From Treponemataceae bacterium (GTDB taxonomy: Bacteria; Spirochaetota; Spirochaetia; Treponematales; Rectinemataceae), in the NCBI GenBank assembly GCA_963678065.2, contig CAXXVZ010000003.1, positions 480,001 to 544,000 of the forward strand: 64,000 bases of DNA, written 5' to 3'. A program made the position numbers and the translations under genes. The notes below the pieces were generated by a model. That model was not told the origin of the DNA. It ran no database searches and saw only the letters and a program-made list of their open reading frames with translations. Below, one piece after another: positions 12,669 to 21,259 of this stretch (the stretch's first letter is position 1; every line of letters starts with the position of its first letter).

Positions 12669-14382
12669 AGAAATCACGGTACGGGACTTTGCCCTCATCG
12701 ACAACATCAGCCTGCAATTCTCCCCGGGCTTCAACATATTGACGGGCGAGACAGGAGCAGGAAAGTCGCTTCTCATCGGCGCTATCTCTTTCCTTCTTGG
12801 AGCAAAATCAGATGCCGCCCTTATTCGCGAGGGTGCCGATGAATGTGTGGTGACAGGATCCTTCGACATTACCGGTACTCCTCCGGCGACAGATTGGCTG
12901 GCGGAGCGCGGCATTGAGGCCGATGAAAGTCGCATCGTCATCAGGAGGGCCTACAAGAGCGGAGGCCGAGGGTTCATCTATATCCAGGGCCAGGCCGTAT
13001 CCCGTTCCGATCTGCTCTCTCTGACCGCCCTCCTCGTCGACATTCATGGCCAACATGAACACCAGAACTTGCTCCTGACCGAGAATCACAGGATTCTCCT
13101 GGACAGGTTCGCCGGGATCGAGGAGAAGTTGGATTCATACGCACAAACGTACCGGCAACTGCATTCACTCAGGGAAGAACGTGAAAAGGCCGAAGCCGAG
13201 ATGCGTCAGCGTCATCTTGAAGCGGATTTTTTGAGGTTTCAAGTACAGGAAATTACGGCGGCCAAGCTCAAGTCGGATGAAAAAGAGGAGCTTGAAACCG
13301 AAGAGAACGTGCTGACCCAGCACGAAAAACTTTTTGCCTCAGTTGAAATGGCCTATGCAGGCCTCTCGTTTTCCGGTGACGGTGCGGCTTCTTCCCTTCG
13401 CAAGGCAAAAACGGCCCTTGAGACGGCCTCGTCGATCGATCCCCGCCTGATGGATCAGGCAAAAAGACTTGCCGATGCCTTTTACGAAGTGGACGATCTC
13501 GCAGACAGCATACGTTCATATCGGGATTCCCTGTCCTTTGATCCACTCAGGCTGGAATGGATCGAAACCCGCCTTGCGGAAATCCACCGTCTGGAGAAAA
13601 AATATGCCGCTTCTGTTCCGGAGATACTCGAACGGGCTGAAAATAACAAAACAAAACTGATCGCCTCGGAAAACTGGGAAGAAGACAGAGCAAAGATGGA
13701 CGCGCAAATCGAGACGCTCCAGGAAGAACTCGCATCGCGCGGCATGGAGATCTCAATCGCGCGGACGAAGGCTTCGAGCCATCTCGCTGCCGCGATAGAG
13801 TCCATCCTGCGAACCATGGGAATGCCGAATACAGGATTCCTCGTTTCAGTGACGCCCCGGCGCAACGAAAGTGGCAATGCAGTTTTCGGACCCAATGGTT
13901 GCGACGAGGTGGAATTCCTCATTTCTCCCAACCCCGGTTCTCCGACGCGCCCTCTCGCCCGCATAGCTTCCGGCGGAGAACTGTCACGCGTGGCCTTGGC
14001 CGTCAAAACTGTCCTTTCTGGTCTCGACAACGTGGAGACACTTATTTTCGACGAGATCGACACGGGTATCGGCGGCGAAGCTGCGGCCTCGGTCGGAAGG
14101 CATCTTCGGGAATTGGGAAAAACCCGTCAGGTACTTTGCATCACACACCTGGCGTCGATAGCTTCCATGGCATCAAGTCATTTCAGGGTCGAGAAGGAAG
14201 TCTCAGGAGCTTCAACATTGACGCGGATCGCATACCTGGCAGGGAAGGAGAGGACCGCCGAGATAGCCCGCATGCTCGCCGGAGATCAGGAGGGAGAGAC
14301 CTCGCTCGCCCATGCGGCGGAACTGCTGAGAAAAAACAGTCTGACAGCCTCTTCCCCTGTCACAGGCAGAAGCCACGGATAG
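12661..14382 (+). CDS. recN: DNA repair protein RecN
   Basis: TGETGAGKS, DIHGQHEHQ, ASGGELSR, FDEIDTGIGG, CITHL; typical nadK-recN pair. Confidence 0.97.
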   Translation: MLEEITVRDFALIDNISLQFSPGFNILTGETGAGKSLLIGAISFLLGAKSDAALIREGADECVVTGSFDITGTPPATDWLAERGIEADESRIVIRRAYKSGGRGFIYIQGQAVSRSDLLSLTALLVDIHGQHEHQNLLLTENHRILLDRFAGIEEKLDSYAQTYRQLHSLREEREKAEAEMRQRHLEADFLRFQVQEITAAKLKSDEKEELETEENVLTQHEKLFASVEMAYAGLSFSGDGAASSLRKAKTALETASSIDPRLMDQAKRLADAFYEVDDLADSIRSYRDSLSFDPLRLEWIETRLAEIHRLEKKYAASVPEILERAENNKTKLIASENWEEDRAKMDAQIETLQEELASRGMEISIARTKASSHLAAAIESILRTMGMPNTGFLVSVTPRRNESGNAVFGPNGCDEVEFLISPNPGSPTRPLARIASGGELSRVALAVKTVLSGLDNVETLIFDEIDTGIGGEAAASVGRHLRELGKTRQVLCITHLASIASMASSHFRVEKEVSGASTLTRIAYLAGKERTAEIARMLAGDQEGETSLAHAAELLRKNSLTASSPVTGRSHG

Positions 14383-14393
14383 GACCGGGCCTT

Positions 14394-14810
14394 TTAGCAT
14401 CCATCCCGCGCTGAGCCACTCAAGCCGTGCAGGGCATCGTGAGGGAACAGCAATCCGAGCGTCGTGAAGACGCGGTTCTGGGCTGAGGGGCCGAACTGCA
14501 CGCGGGCCGAGCCCTCCCCGAATTCGGTGAGCACCTGACGGCAAGCGCCACAGGGACTTACGGGCACGGCGGAATCCGGCGTAGCGACGGCTACCGCGAT
14601 AATTCTTCGATGTCCTTTGTGCACCGCCTGGCCCACTGCGTTCCGCTCCGCGCAGATTGTGAGTCCGAAAGAGCGATTCTCGATATTTGTCCCTGTAAAA
14701 ACGCTCCCGTCCTCGCATTCAATCGCGGCTCCGACTCTGAAACGCGAATAGGGCGAATATGAGGTTTGTGCTGCCTGCATAGCCAGAGCATAGAGGCTAT
14801 CCTGATCCAC
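14394..14810 (-). CDS. cdd: Cytidine deaminase (homotetrameric type)
   Basis: YSPYS.FRVGAA, NIEN, ICAER, SPCGACRQ; GTG start with SD GGGAG. Confidence 0.95.
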   Translation of the reverse strand: MDQDSLYALAMQAAQTSYSPYSRFRVGAAIECEDGSVFTGTNIENRSFGLTICAERNAVGQAVHKGHRRIIAVAVATPDSAVPVSPCGACRQVLTEFGEGSARVQFGPSAQNRVFTTLGLLFPHDALHGLSGSARDGC

Positions 14811-14831
14811 GTTTTCTCCCGATGCTGTTCA

Positions 14832-14860
14832 TTGACAGCGATGTCCCTACTATATACGAT
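14832..14860 (+). promoter_or_regulatory. Putative sigma70 promoter for beta-propeller/M23 genes
   Basis: TTGACA-17-TACGAT. Confidence 0.6.
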
Positions 14861-14915
14861 ATTTTGTCCGGATGCCACAGCATGCCCGGATGATCGTCTT
14901 GAGAGAGTGGGAACA

Positions 14916-16019
14916 ATGGAGTCTGCAAAAAAGAAACGATATCTTTTCGCCGCTCCCGCTGTTCTCGTCCTTTATCTTCTCATTGCCGCTGAGCCGATAC
15001 GGCGTGAACTCGTTCTGTCGCCCGCCTGGCTTTACGAAATCGCTCCGGAGCCCGCGGAAACGGGGCGATATGTGACGGGGAGCCCGCGCTCATCCGAATC
15101 TGTGGCTTTCATCCGCAAGGCAGTTCCATTCCTGAATGCTGAACGCTTCGGGTATCTCACGCCGGAAGGTAGACTTGTCGGAGCGGGGAGGAGAGGATAC
15201 GGGGTCGCCCTATCCTCATACGGATTCGCCCAGTACGACAAACACTCGCTTGGCTTCACTGTCGTCGATCCTTCGGGGAAGGTTTCGGCATCGCTTGGTC
15301 TCGCGGGATTTCCTTTTTTTTCGGGCGCGCGGTGTTTCCTGATGCGACCGGACCAGTCGGGGATTCTGGAATTCGATGTGCGGGGAAAAACTGTATGGGA
15401 AAAGGAATTTCCATCCATCATCACCTGTTTTGCGGCGACGAAATCGGTAGTCCTCGCAGGCCTTCTTGATGGCCGAGTCCTGGCGATCGGCAATGACGGC
15501 CAGGTAGTACTGGAACATTTTCCGGGAGGGTCGCGCATTCCGGCCGTATACGGTGTCGCCCTTTCCAAAGATGGAGCGAGAATCGCCGTCATTTCCGGCC
15601 TGGACAGACAGACGGTGAGTATCCTCGAAAAGCGGCAGGACGGTTATCAGGAAATACGACGGCTGCCTCTGAATCTCGAGCTCCGCAGACAGATTCCCTG
15701 CGCCTTTCTCGACGAGGGCAGAACTCTCGTCTTTGAAAGGGCAGGCGGTATCGCCGTGCTCGATATCGAGGCCGGAAACCTGGATTTCAGGCCTTCAGAC
15801 GCCATGTCCTCTGCCTTCGAGCTGCCATCCTCGGCAAACGGAGCCTTCTTTCTGAGCAGCGGGAGCGGAAACTCAAGACTCATCGGTTTCGGGGCCCGTG
15901 GACGGGCGCTCGCTGACATCACTTTCGCGTATGAGGATTCCTGGCTTCACGCCGAAACATCTTCGTTGTACCTGACGACCGCATCGTCCGTCATGCGACT
16001 GGATCTGGAAGCACGATGA
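14916..16019 (+). CDS. Membrane-anchored beta-propeller (WD40/PQQ-like) protein
   Basis: Basic N-terminus plus hydrophobic anchor; repeated beta-strand units ending in DxxG (FDVRGKTVW, LSKDGARIA, LDEGRTL). Confidence 0.6.
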   Translation: MESAKKKRYLFAAPAVLVLYLLIAAEPIRRELVLSPAWLYEIAPEPAETGRYVTGSPRSSESVAFIRKAVPFLNAERFGYLTPEGRLVGAGRRGYGVALSSYGFAQYDKHSLGFTVVDPSGKVSASLGLAGFPFFSGARCFLMRPDQSGILEFDVRGKTVWEKEFPSIITCFAATKSVVLAGLLDGRVLAIGNDGQVVLEHFPGGSRIPAVYGVALSKDGARIAVISGLDRQTVSILEKRQDGYQEIRRLPLNLELRRQIPCAFLDEGRTLVFERAGGIAVLDIEAGNLDFRPSDAMSSAFELPSSANGAFFLSSGSGNSRLIGFGARGRALADITFAYEDSWLHAETSSLYLTTASSVMRLDLEAR

Positions 16020-16897
16020 AAAGCCCGCACCGTATGGAATGGCTGGCACTTCTTGCCGCTGTCTCGCTCTGCGCTTCCGCGCAGGCATTCGACTGGCCGC
16101 TCTCTCGGTCGCGGATCGAATCCACATTCGGCTCTCCTCTGGAAGGGTATTTTTTGCCCGGAATCGTCCTCTCCTCCCCGACTGCTTCCGTCTCTGTCAT
16201 CGGAAAAGGTGAAAAAAAATTTTACCAGGCGGACGGCATGCGATCCAGTTCCATGCCTACCGCCTTGGGAACTATGGTCGCCATGACCCACACCGAGGGC
16301 ATGGAATCGATTTACGCCAATCTCGAAAGGCTTTCCGACAATCTTGCCGAGAGGGAGATCTCGGCAAAATCGATGGTTGGGACCGTAGGTCAGAGTGGAT
16401 GGGCAGCCGCGAGTGGACTGTTCCTTGGGATTTTCGACACAAAAACCGCCCATTGGGTGAACCCCTTGCTCATACTTCCGGCACGCAGTGGCGGAGTCGC
16501 TCCTGCCATCCTCTCTGTGGCTCTGATCAACGCAGGCGGCGAAACCATTCTTGGAAATACTACAGGAATCCCGCAAGGATCATACACTGTCTCTTCGGGC
16601 ATCCGCGACCTTTCAGGCAGCCAGGAACTGTTCGAGCAAAGCGCTCCCTATGAAATCCAGTTGACGGTCGATGGCAAGGATGTGGCCAGAAAAGTATTCG
16701 ATCTGTTGTGGTGGAAGGATGGCCGACGGGAACTTTTTGCCACGGGAACGCTGTCCAGAGCGGAGGTTCTGGACAAAAACGGACGATACAGACTCGCCGA
16801 TGTCTTTCTTCCTCGTGGAAAAACGACAATCGGGATTATCGTGATGGACGCTGCTGGCCACCGGAGAAAAGCCGAATGGACGGTCAATGTCAGATAG
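16016..16897 (+). CDS. Secreted M23/LytM-like protein, degenerate Zn site
   Basis: Signal peptide, DWPL..I.S.FG, SIYANL, VGTVGQSG, WVNPL; ATGA overlap with upstream gene. Confidence 0.65.
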   Translation: MKSPHRMEWLALLAAVSLCASAQAFDWPLSRSRIESTFGSPLEGYFLPGIVLSSPTASVSVIGKGEKKFYQADGMRSSSMPTALGTMVAMTHTEGMESIYANLERLSDNLAEREISAKSMVGTVGQSGWAAASGLFLGIFDTKTAHWVNPLLILPARSGGVAPAILSVALINAGGETILGNTTGIPQGSYTVSSGIRDLSGSQELFEQSAPYEIQLTVDGKDVARKVFDLLWWKDGRRELFATGTLSRAEVLDKNGRYRLADVFLPRGKTTIGIIVMDAAGHRRKAEWTVNVR

Positions 16898-17045
16898 ACA
16901 GCCTGCGTCCATGCGAAAGCTGCCTGAAATGCTGCAAGCGGACGAAGCCCAACGAAGTCGGCGGCGTGGTCCGACGCGAGGGTGTCGATGGGTCAGGGGA
17001 TAAAGTCGACTTCGAGATCGCATCTCTCTTTTTCTGGAGGTGGCT

Positions 17046-17786
17046 GTGGACGAATCGAAATTTCAGGGCCTGAGCTCGCCGGAGACTTTCAGGATACGCT
17101 ATTCCGGCATCCTTGAAAAAATTTCCGAAGCCGCGGCGAAGTCTTTGCGAGGGCCCTCCGAAATTGAAGTTATGGCTGTCACGAAATTTCATCCGCTCGC
17201 TTCGATCCTTGTCGCCTATGAGGCCGGAATACGGCGTTTTGGTGAAAGCCGCGTTCAGGAGGCTCAAGAGAAGGCTGCAGGATTCAGGGAGCACTGTCTG
17301 GACGCCAGCCTCGAGATGATCGGCCATGTCCAGTCCAACAAAGCAAAGAAGGCTGTCGCGCTTTTCGACTGCATTCAGTCGGTGGATTCGCTGGACCTGC
17401 TCGTCGAGCTGGAGAAGGGAGCAATTTCGGCGGGAAAGTCTCTCGGTGTTCTTTTTGAACTGCACACCGCTGAGGATTCCAAATCAGGATTCCGGGATCG
17501 GGACGCCCTCTTCAGGGCATGCGAATTCATGTCTCATCCTGAAAGGAAGGTAGCTCTCATTCCATTCGGCCTCATGACGATAGCCCCGTTCACTCGGGAA
17601 GAGAGAACTGTCCATTCGGCTTTTGCCTCCTGCCGGGAAGCTTTCCTGGACATCAAGTCGCAATTCGGGTTCCCCTCATTCACGACACTCTCGATGGGCA
17701 TGTCTGAGGATTACATCGCAGCCGTCGAAGAGGGTTCGACCCTCGTGAGGATCGGGACGGCTCTTTTCGGAGCGAGGACAGCATGA
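17046..17786 (+). CDS. yggS: PLP homeostasis protein (YggS family)
   Basis: MAVTK, FGESRVQE, IGHVQSNK, LSMGMSEDY..AVEEGSTLVRIGTALFG; SD GGAGG before GTG 17046. Confidence 0.95.
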   Translation: MDESKFQGLSSPETFRIRYSGILEKISEAAAKSLRGPSEIEVMAVTKFHPLASILVAYEAGIRRFGESRVQEAQEKAAGFREHCLDASLEMIGHVQSNKAKKAVALFDCIQSVDSLDLLVELEKGAISAGKSLGVLFELHTAEDSKSGFRDRDALFRACEFMSHPERKVALIPFGLMTIAPFTREERTVHSAFASCREAFLDIKSQFGFPSFTTLSMGMSEDYIAAVEEGSTLVRIGTALFGARTA

Positions 17787-18373
17787 ATCCGCGCCGTGCG
17801 CTCTCGCTCTGTATGCTCTTTGCGGTCTCTGCGGCAATTTCTGGAGCCCTGGGCATTGATGGCAGGATCTCGTTCCCCTCGACCTCGGAAAATCAGGCCT
17901 TTCGAGTGTACACCCTCAGTTCTTCGCCCACTTCTGCCGTGGCTTCGACGCGCGGGGGGTCAGCCGGAACAGCCTCGGCGCAGGCGAAGCCTGCCTATGC
18001 AGGCAGCGTCGCTAAGCTGGCCATTTCTCCATCGGCCCTCCCGGCAGGCTACCCGAAACCAGCATCCCTGGCCCGACGGGCCCTCAGATTCGAAATAATA
18101 GCGGTGGGTGCGTTCCCCATCATGCTGTTTTACACTGATATCGGCTTCGGCATCGGACGGTACATCGGCAGTGGATTCGATTCCCGCTATGCACCCTGGC
18201 CATTCATCGATTCCTCATCCATACTTCCGGACGATTCGGAACGCCTTCTCCGGATCGGCGTCGCAGTTGGAATCTCCTGCGCGATCGCCGTGTTCGATCT
18301 CGTCTCCTCACTCCGGGCGGAGGCGGCGGCCCGTGCATCGGCCGAACTTGACAGTGTGTCGATACCCAAATAG
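17783..18373 (+). CDS. Hypothetical membrane protein
   Basis: ATGA coupling to yggS; signal-like N-terminus, Ser/Ala linker, two hydrophobic segments. Confidence 0.7.
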   Translation: MNPRRALSLCMLFAVSAAISGALGIDGRISFPSTSENQAFRVYTLSSSPTSAVASTRGGSAGTASAQAKPAYAGSVAKLAISPSALPAGYPKPASLARRALRFEIIAVGAFPIMLFYTDIGFGIGRYIGSGFDSRYAPWPFIDSSSILPDDSERLLRIGVAVGISCAIAVFDLVSSLRAEAAARASAELDSVSIPK

Positions 18374-18406
18374 TATGGGGTACATTTCATCCCATTCGAG
18401 GAATAC

Positions 18407-18946
18407 ATGTCAGAGACTGAAGGTTTTAACCTCGACGATGCCATCCGAAAGGTTCCCGATTTCCCCAAACCCGGAATCCTTTTTTACGACATAACAAGTG
18501 TCCTCACCAACCCCGACGCCTTCCGCTATTGCATCCGGACCATGGAAAAGCTGTACAGGGACAGAGAGATCGATGCCGTCGCGGCGATCGAATCGAGGGG
18601 CTTCATCTTCGCGGCCCCCTTCTGCGACCGGCTCGGGATTCCTTTGATCCTCGTGCGCAAGAAAGGCAAGCTTCCCGGAAAGACGATATCCTGCAAGTAT
18701 GATCTCGAGTATGGCCAGGCGGAGATAGAGATGCACGAGGCCGACGTTCCCGTCGACGCGAATATCCTCATCGTCGACGACCTTATAGCCACGGGCGGCA
18801 CGGTCGTGGCGGCCGCGGAACTCATCAGATCTGCCGGATCGAGGGTTGCGGGAGTCTTTGCGGCCATAGGACTCCCTTTCCTCGACTACCAGGGAAAACT
18901 GGGAGATATCAAGGTAGACACCCTCATCGAATACTTCGGCGAATAA
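18407..18946 (+). CDS. apt: Adenine phosphoribosyltransferase
   Basis: PDFPKPGILFYDIT, IESRGF, RKKGKLP, IVDDLIATGGT. Confidence 0.97.
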   Translation: MSETEGFNLDDAIRKVPDFPKPGILFYDITSVLTNPDAFRYCIRTMEKLYRDREIDAVAAIESRGFIFAAPFCDRLGIPLILVRKKGKLPGKTISCKYDLEYGQAEIEMHEADVPVDANILIVDDLIATGGTVVAAAELIRSAGSRVAGVFAAIGLPFLDYQGKLGDIKVDTLIEYFGE

Positions 18947-18955
18947 GGAACCAAC

Positions 18956-20611
18956 ATGGCGCGCAGACTTGATAGAAACCCCTCATGGAAGGGCAGAAGG
19001 GGGCCGGTCCTCCTCGTGATAATGGACGGCGTAGGCTATGGCCAGTATAAAGAAGGCGACGCTGTCAACTCCGCCGACATGCGCGCCTTGCGCGCGCTCG
19101 AGGCATCTTCTCCCCACACGAAACTGAAGGCCCACGGCAAGGCCGTCGGCCTTCCATCCGATGAGGACATGGGCAACTCCGAGGTCGGACACAACGCCAT
19201 GGGATGCGGCCGCGTTTTTGCCCAGGGGGCCAAGCTCATCACCCAGGCTATCGCCTCGGGCAGCATCTTCGAAGGCGCGGTATGGAAAAAGTTGGTCGCC
19301 AATGTCCGCAAGAACGAGGGCGCCATGCACTTTATTGGACTCTTCTCGGATGGCAACGTCCATTCCCACATCGACCACCTCAAGGCCATGCTCTCGCGCG
19401 CGGCCTCCGAAGGAGTGCGGAAGGCGCGGATACACATACTCCTCGATGGCCGGGATGTCGGGGAACAGAGCGCGCTCGAGTACATTCTTCCCTTCGAAGA
19501 CTTTCTGGCAGGAATCAATGCGGGCGGAAATGATTACCGCATCGCTTCCGGAGGGGGAAGGCAGTTCATAACCATGGATCGCTATGGCGCGAACTGGGAC
19601 ATGGTCCGCCGCGGCTGGGAATGCCACGTCCACGGAGTCGGGAGAGCCTTCCCGAGCGCGGCCGAAGCCGTCAGAACCTACCGCGCGGAGATGCCTGCCA
19701 TCATCGACCAGGATATCGGCGAATTTGTCGTCGTTGAAAATGGCAGACCCGTCGGGACCATCGAGGATGGCGACTCCGTCGTCTACTTCAACTTCCGCGG
19801 AGACCGCGCCCTGGAAATGACCGCGGCTTTCGAGAAAGACGATTTTGATAAGTTCGACCGTGGTCGACGCCCGCGAGTCGAATACGCCGGCATGATGGAG
19901 TATGACGGCGACCTGCACGTGCCCGCTCAGTACCTCGTCGAACCGCCCTCCATCGAGTCAACGATGGGCGAATACTTAGCTCTCTCCGGCATCCGGACCC
20001 TCGCGATCTCCGAAACCCAGAAGTACGGTCACGTGACCTACTTCTTCAACGGCAACCGTACGGGGAAATTCTCCGAATCTCTCGAGGACTACGTAGAGAT
20101 CACAAGCGATGTCCTTCCTTTCGAGCAGCGTCCCTGGATGAAGTGCGCCGAGATTACCGACCGCGTCCTCGAGGCTATAGCCTCGGGAAAGTATGATTTC
20201 ATCCGTCTCAACTTTCCCAACGGCGACATGGTGGGACACACGGGCGTTTATCAGGCCGTCGTCTGCGGACTGGAGGCAATGGACCTCCAGATCGCCCGTC
20301 TGAGACTCGCCATCGAGAAGGCGGGCGGCATCATGATTGTAACGGCCGATCACGGCAATTCCGACGACATGTTCGAGCACGACAAGAAGACGGGCGCCGT
20401 GCAGAGGAAACCCGACGGGACCCCAAAGGCAAAAACCAGCCATTCGCTCAATCCTGTCCCCTGCATAGTCTACGATCCGGACGGGAAGGGTGAATACGAG
20501 GCGGCTTTGAGGGAGGGGCTCGGCATTTCCTCAATCGCTGCAACCTGTATCGGACTGCTCGGGTTCAATCCGCCGGAGGACTACGATCCTCCCGTCATGG
20601 TACTGAAATAG
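18956..20611 (+). CDS. gpmI: 2,3-bisphosphoglycerate-independent phosphoglycerate mutase
   Basis: IMDG, MGNSEVGH, SDGNVHSH, ETQKYGHVT, NGDMVGHTG, TADHGN. Confidence 0.97.
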   Translation: MARRLDRNPSWKGRRGPVLLVIMDGVGYGQYKEGDAVNSADMRALRALEASSPHTKLKAHGKAVGLPSDEDMGNSEVGHNAMGCGRVFAQGAKLITQAIASGSIFEGAVWKKLVANVRKNEGAMHFIGLFSDGNVHSHIDHLKAMLSRAASEGVRKARIHILLDGRDVGEQSALEYILPFEDFLAGINAGGNDYRIASGGGRQFITMDRYGANWDMVRRGWECHVHGVGRAFPSAAEAVRTYRAEMPAIIDQDIGEFVVVENGRPVGTIEDGDSVVYFNFRGDRALEMTAAFEKDDFDKFDRGRRPRVEYAGMMEYDGDLHVPAQYLVEPPSIESTMGEYLALSGIRTLAISETQKYGHVTYFFNGNRTGKFSESLEDYVEITSDVLPFEQRPWMKCAEITDRVLEAIASGKYDFIRLNFPNGDMVGHTGVYQAVVCGLEAMDLQIARLRLAIEKAGGIMIVTADHGNSDDMFEHDKKTGAVQRKPDGTPKAKTSHSLNPVPCIVYDPDGKGEYEAALREGLGISSIAATCIGLLGFNPPEDYDPPVMVLK

Positions 20612-20616
20612 TCGAT

Positions 20617-20642
20617 GGCCGTCCTTCGGGGCGGCCTTTTTT
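20617..20642 (+). terminator. Rho-independent terminator after gpmI
   Basis: GGCCGTCC-TTCG-GGGCGGCC followed by T6. Confidence 0.85.
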
Positions 20643-20701
20643 CTCTGGCGCGTCAGAACAGAGTTTGCGCAGCTGCGGGAGCATCGGGCAAGGAGAGCGG
20701 C

Positions 20702-21259
20702 ATGGTGGAGATCGAACTGAAAGCGTGGATCGACGACACTGGGGCCTTGGAAGAGCGACTGGCGTCGATTGGCGACTACCTCGGCCGAAGCGAAAAACGA
20801 GATGGCTACTGGAGCCTTCCGGGGATAAGCGCAGAGGAGCTGCAGAATCAGCAGCGAAAATTCCGCCTTCGGGAAGAGAGCGGGGTCCACACGGTAACCT
20901 ACAAAGACAAGACGCTATCCGGGGCTGTGGAAGTCAATCTGGAAAAGGAATTCCAGGTGTCTTCGCCTGAGTCCTTTATAGAACTCATGGAAAGGGTCGG
21001 CTGCGTCGCCCTTTCCCGGAAACACAAGATCTCGGAAAAGTACCGCGTGGGATCATGCCTTGTCGAGTCGGTGAAGATAGAGGGGCTCGGTGATTTCGTA
21101 GAAATAGAGATCCTCGCGGAGAACGACAGTCCGGAAACAGTGAAGGATGCCAAAAGCGAGCTGTTTTCGGTGCTGGACAGGTGTGGAATCGCCCGTGAGG
21201 CCGTCGAGTCTCGCTTTTACTCGGATATGCTCGCCGATTCCTGTGCCGGCTGCCTCTGA
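20702..21259 (+). CDS. cyaB: CYTH-domain protein / class IV adenylate cyclase
   Basis: N-terminal EIELK (ExExK), FRLREE, VTYK, LGDFVEIE, terminal Y; SD AAGGAG. Confidence 0.8.
   Translation: MVEIELKAWIDDTGALEERLASIGDYLGRSEKRDGYWSLPGISAEELQNQQRKFRLREESGVHTVTYKDKTLSGAVEVNLEKEFQVSSPESFIELMERVGCVALSRKHKISEKYRVGSCLVESVKIEGLGDFVEIEILAENDSPETVKDAKSELFSVLDRCGIAREAVESRFYSDMLADSCAGCL

Noticed and set aside
14854..14869. NrdR-box-like ATACGATATTTTGTCC near cdd
   Set aside because: Single site with several mismatches that overlaps an AT-rich -10 box; NrdR boxes are usually tandem
16212..16219. Poly-A tracts in the M23-like gene and mfd as phase-variation sites
   Set aside because: Short, in-frame Lys/Glu codon runs; frames intact
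16898..17035. Riboswitch-like stems upstream of yggS
   Set aside because: Only 4-5 bp stems, expected at this GC content; no known aptamer consensus recognised
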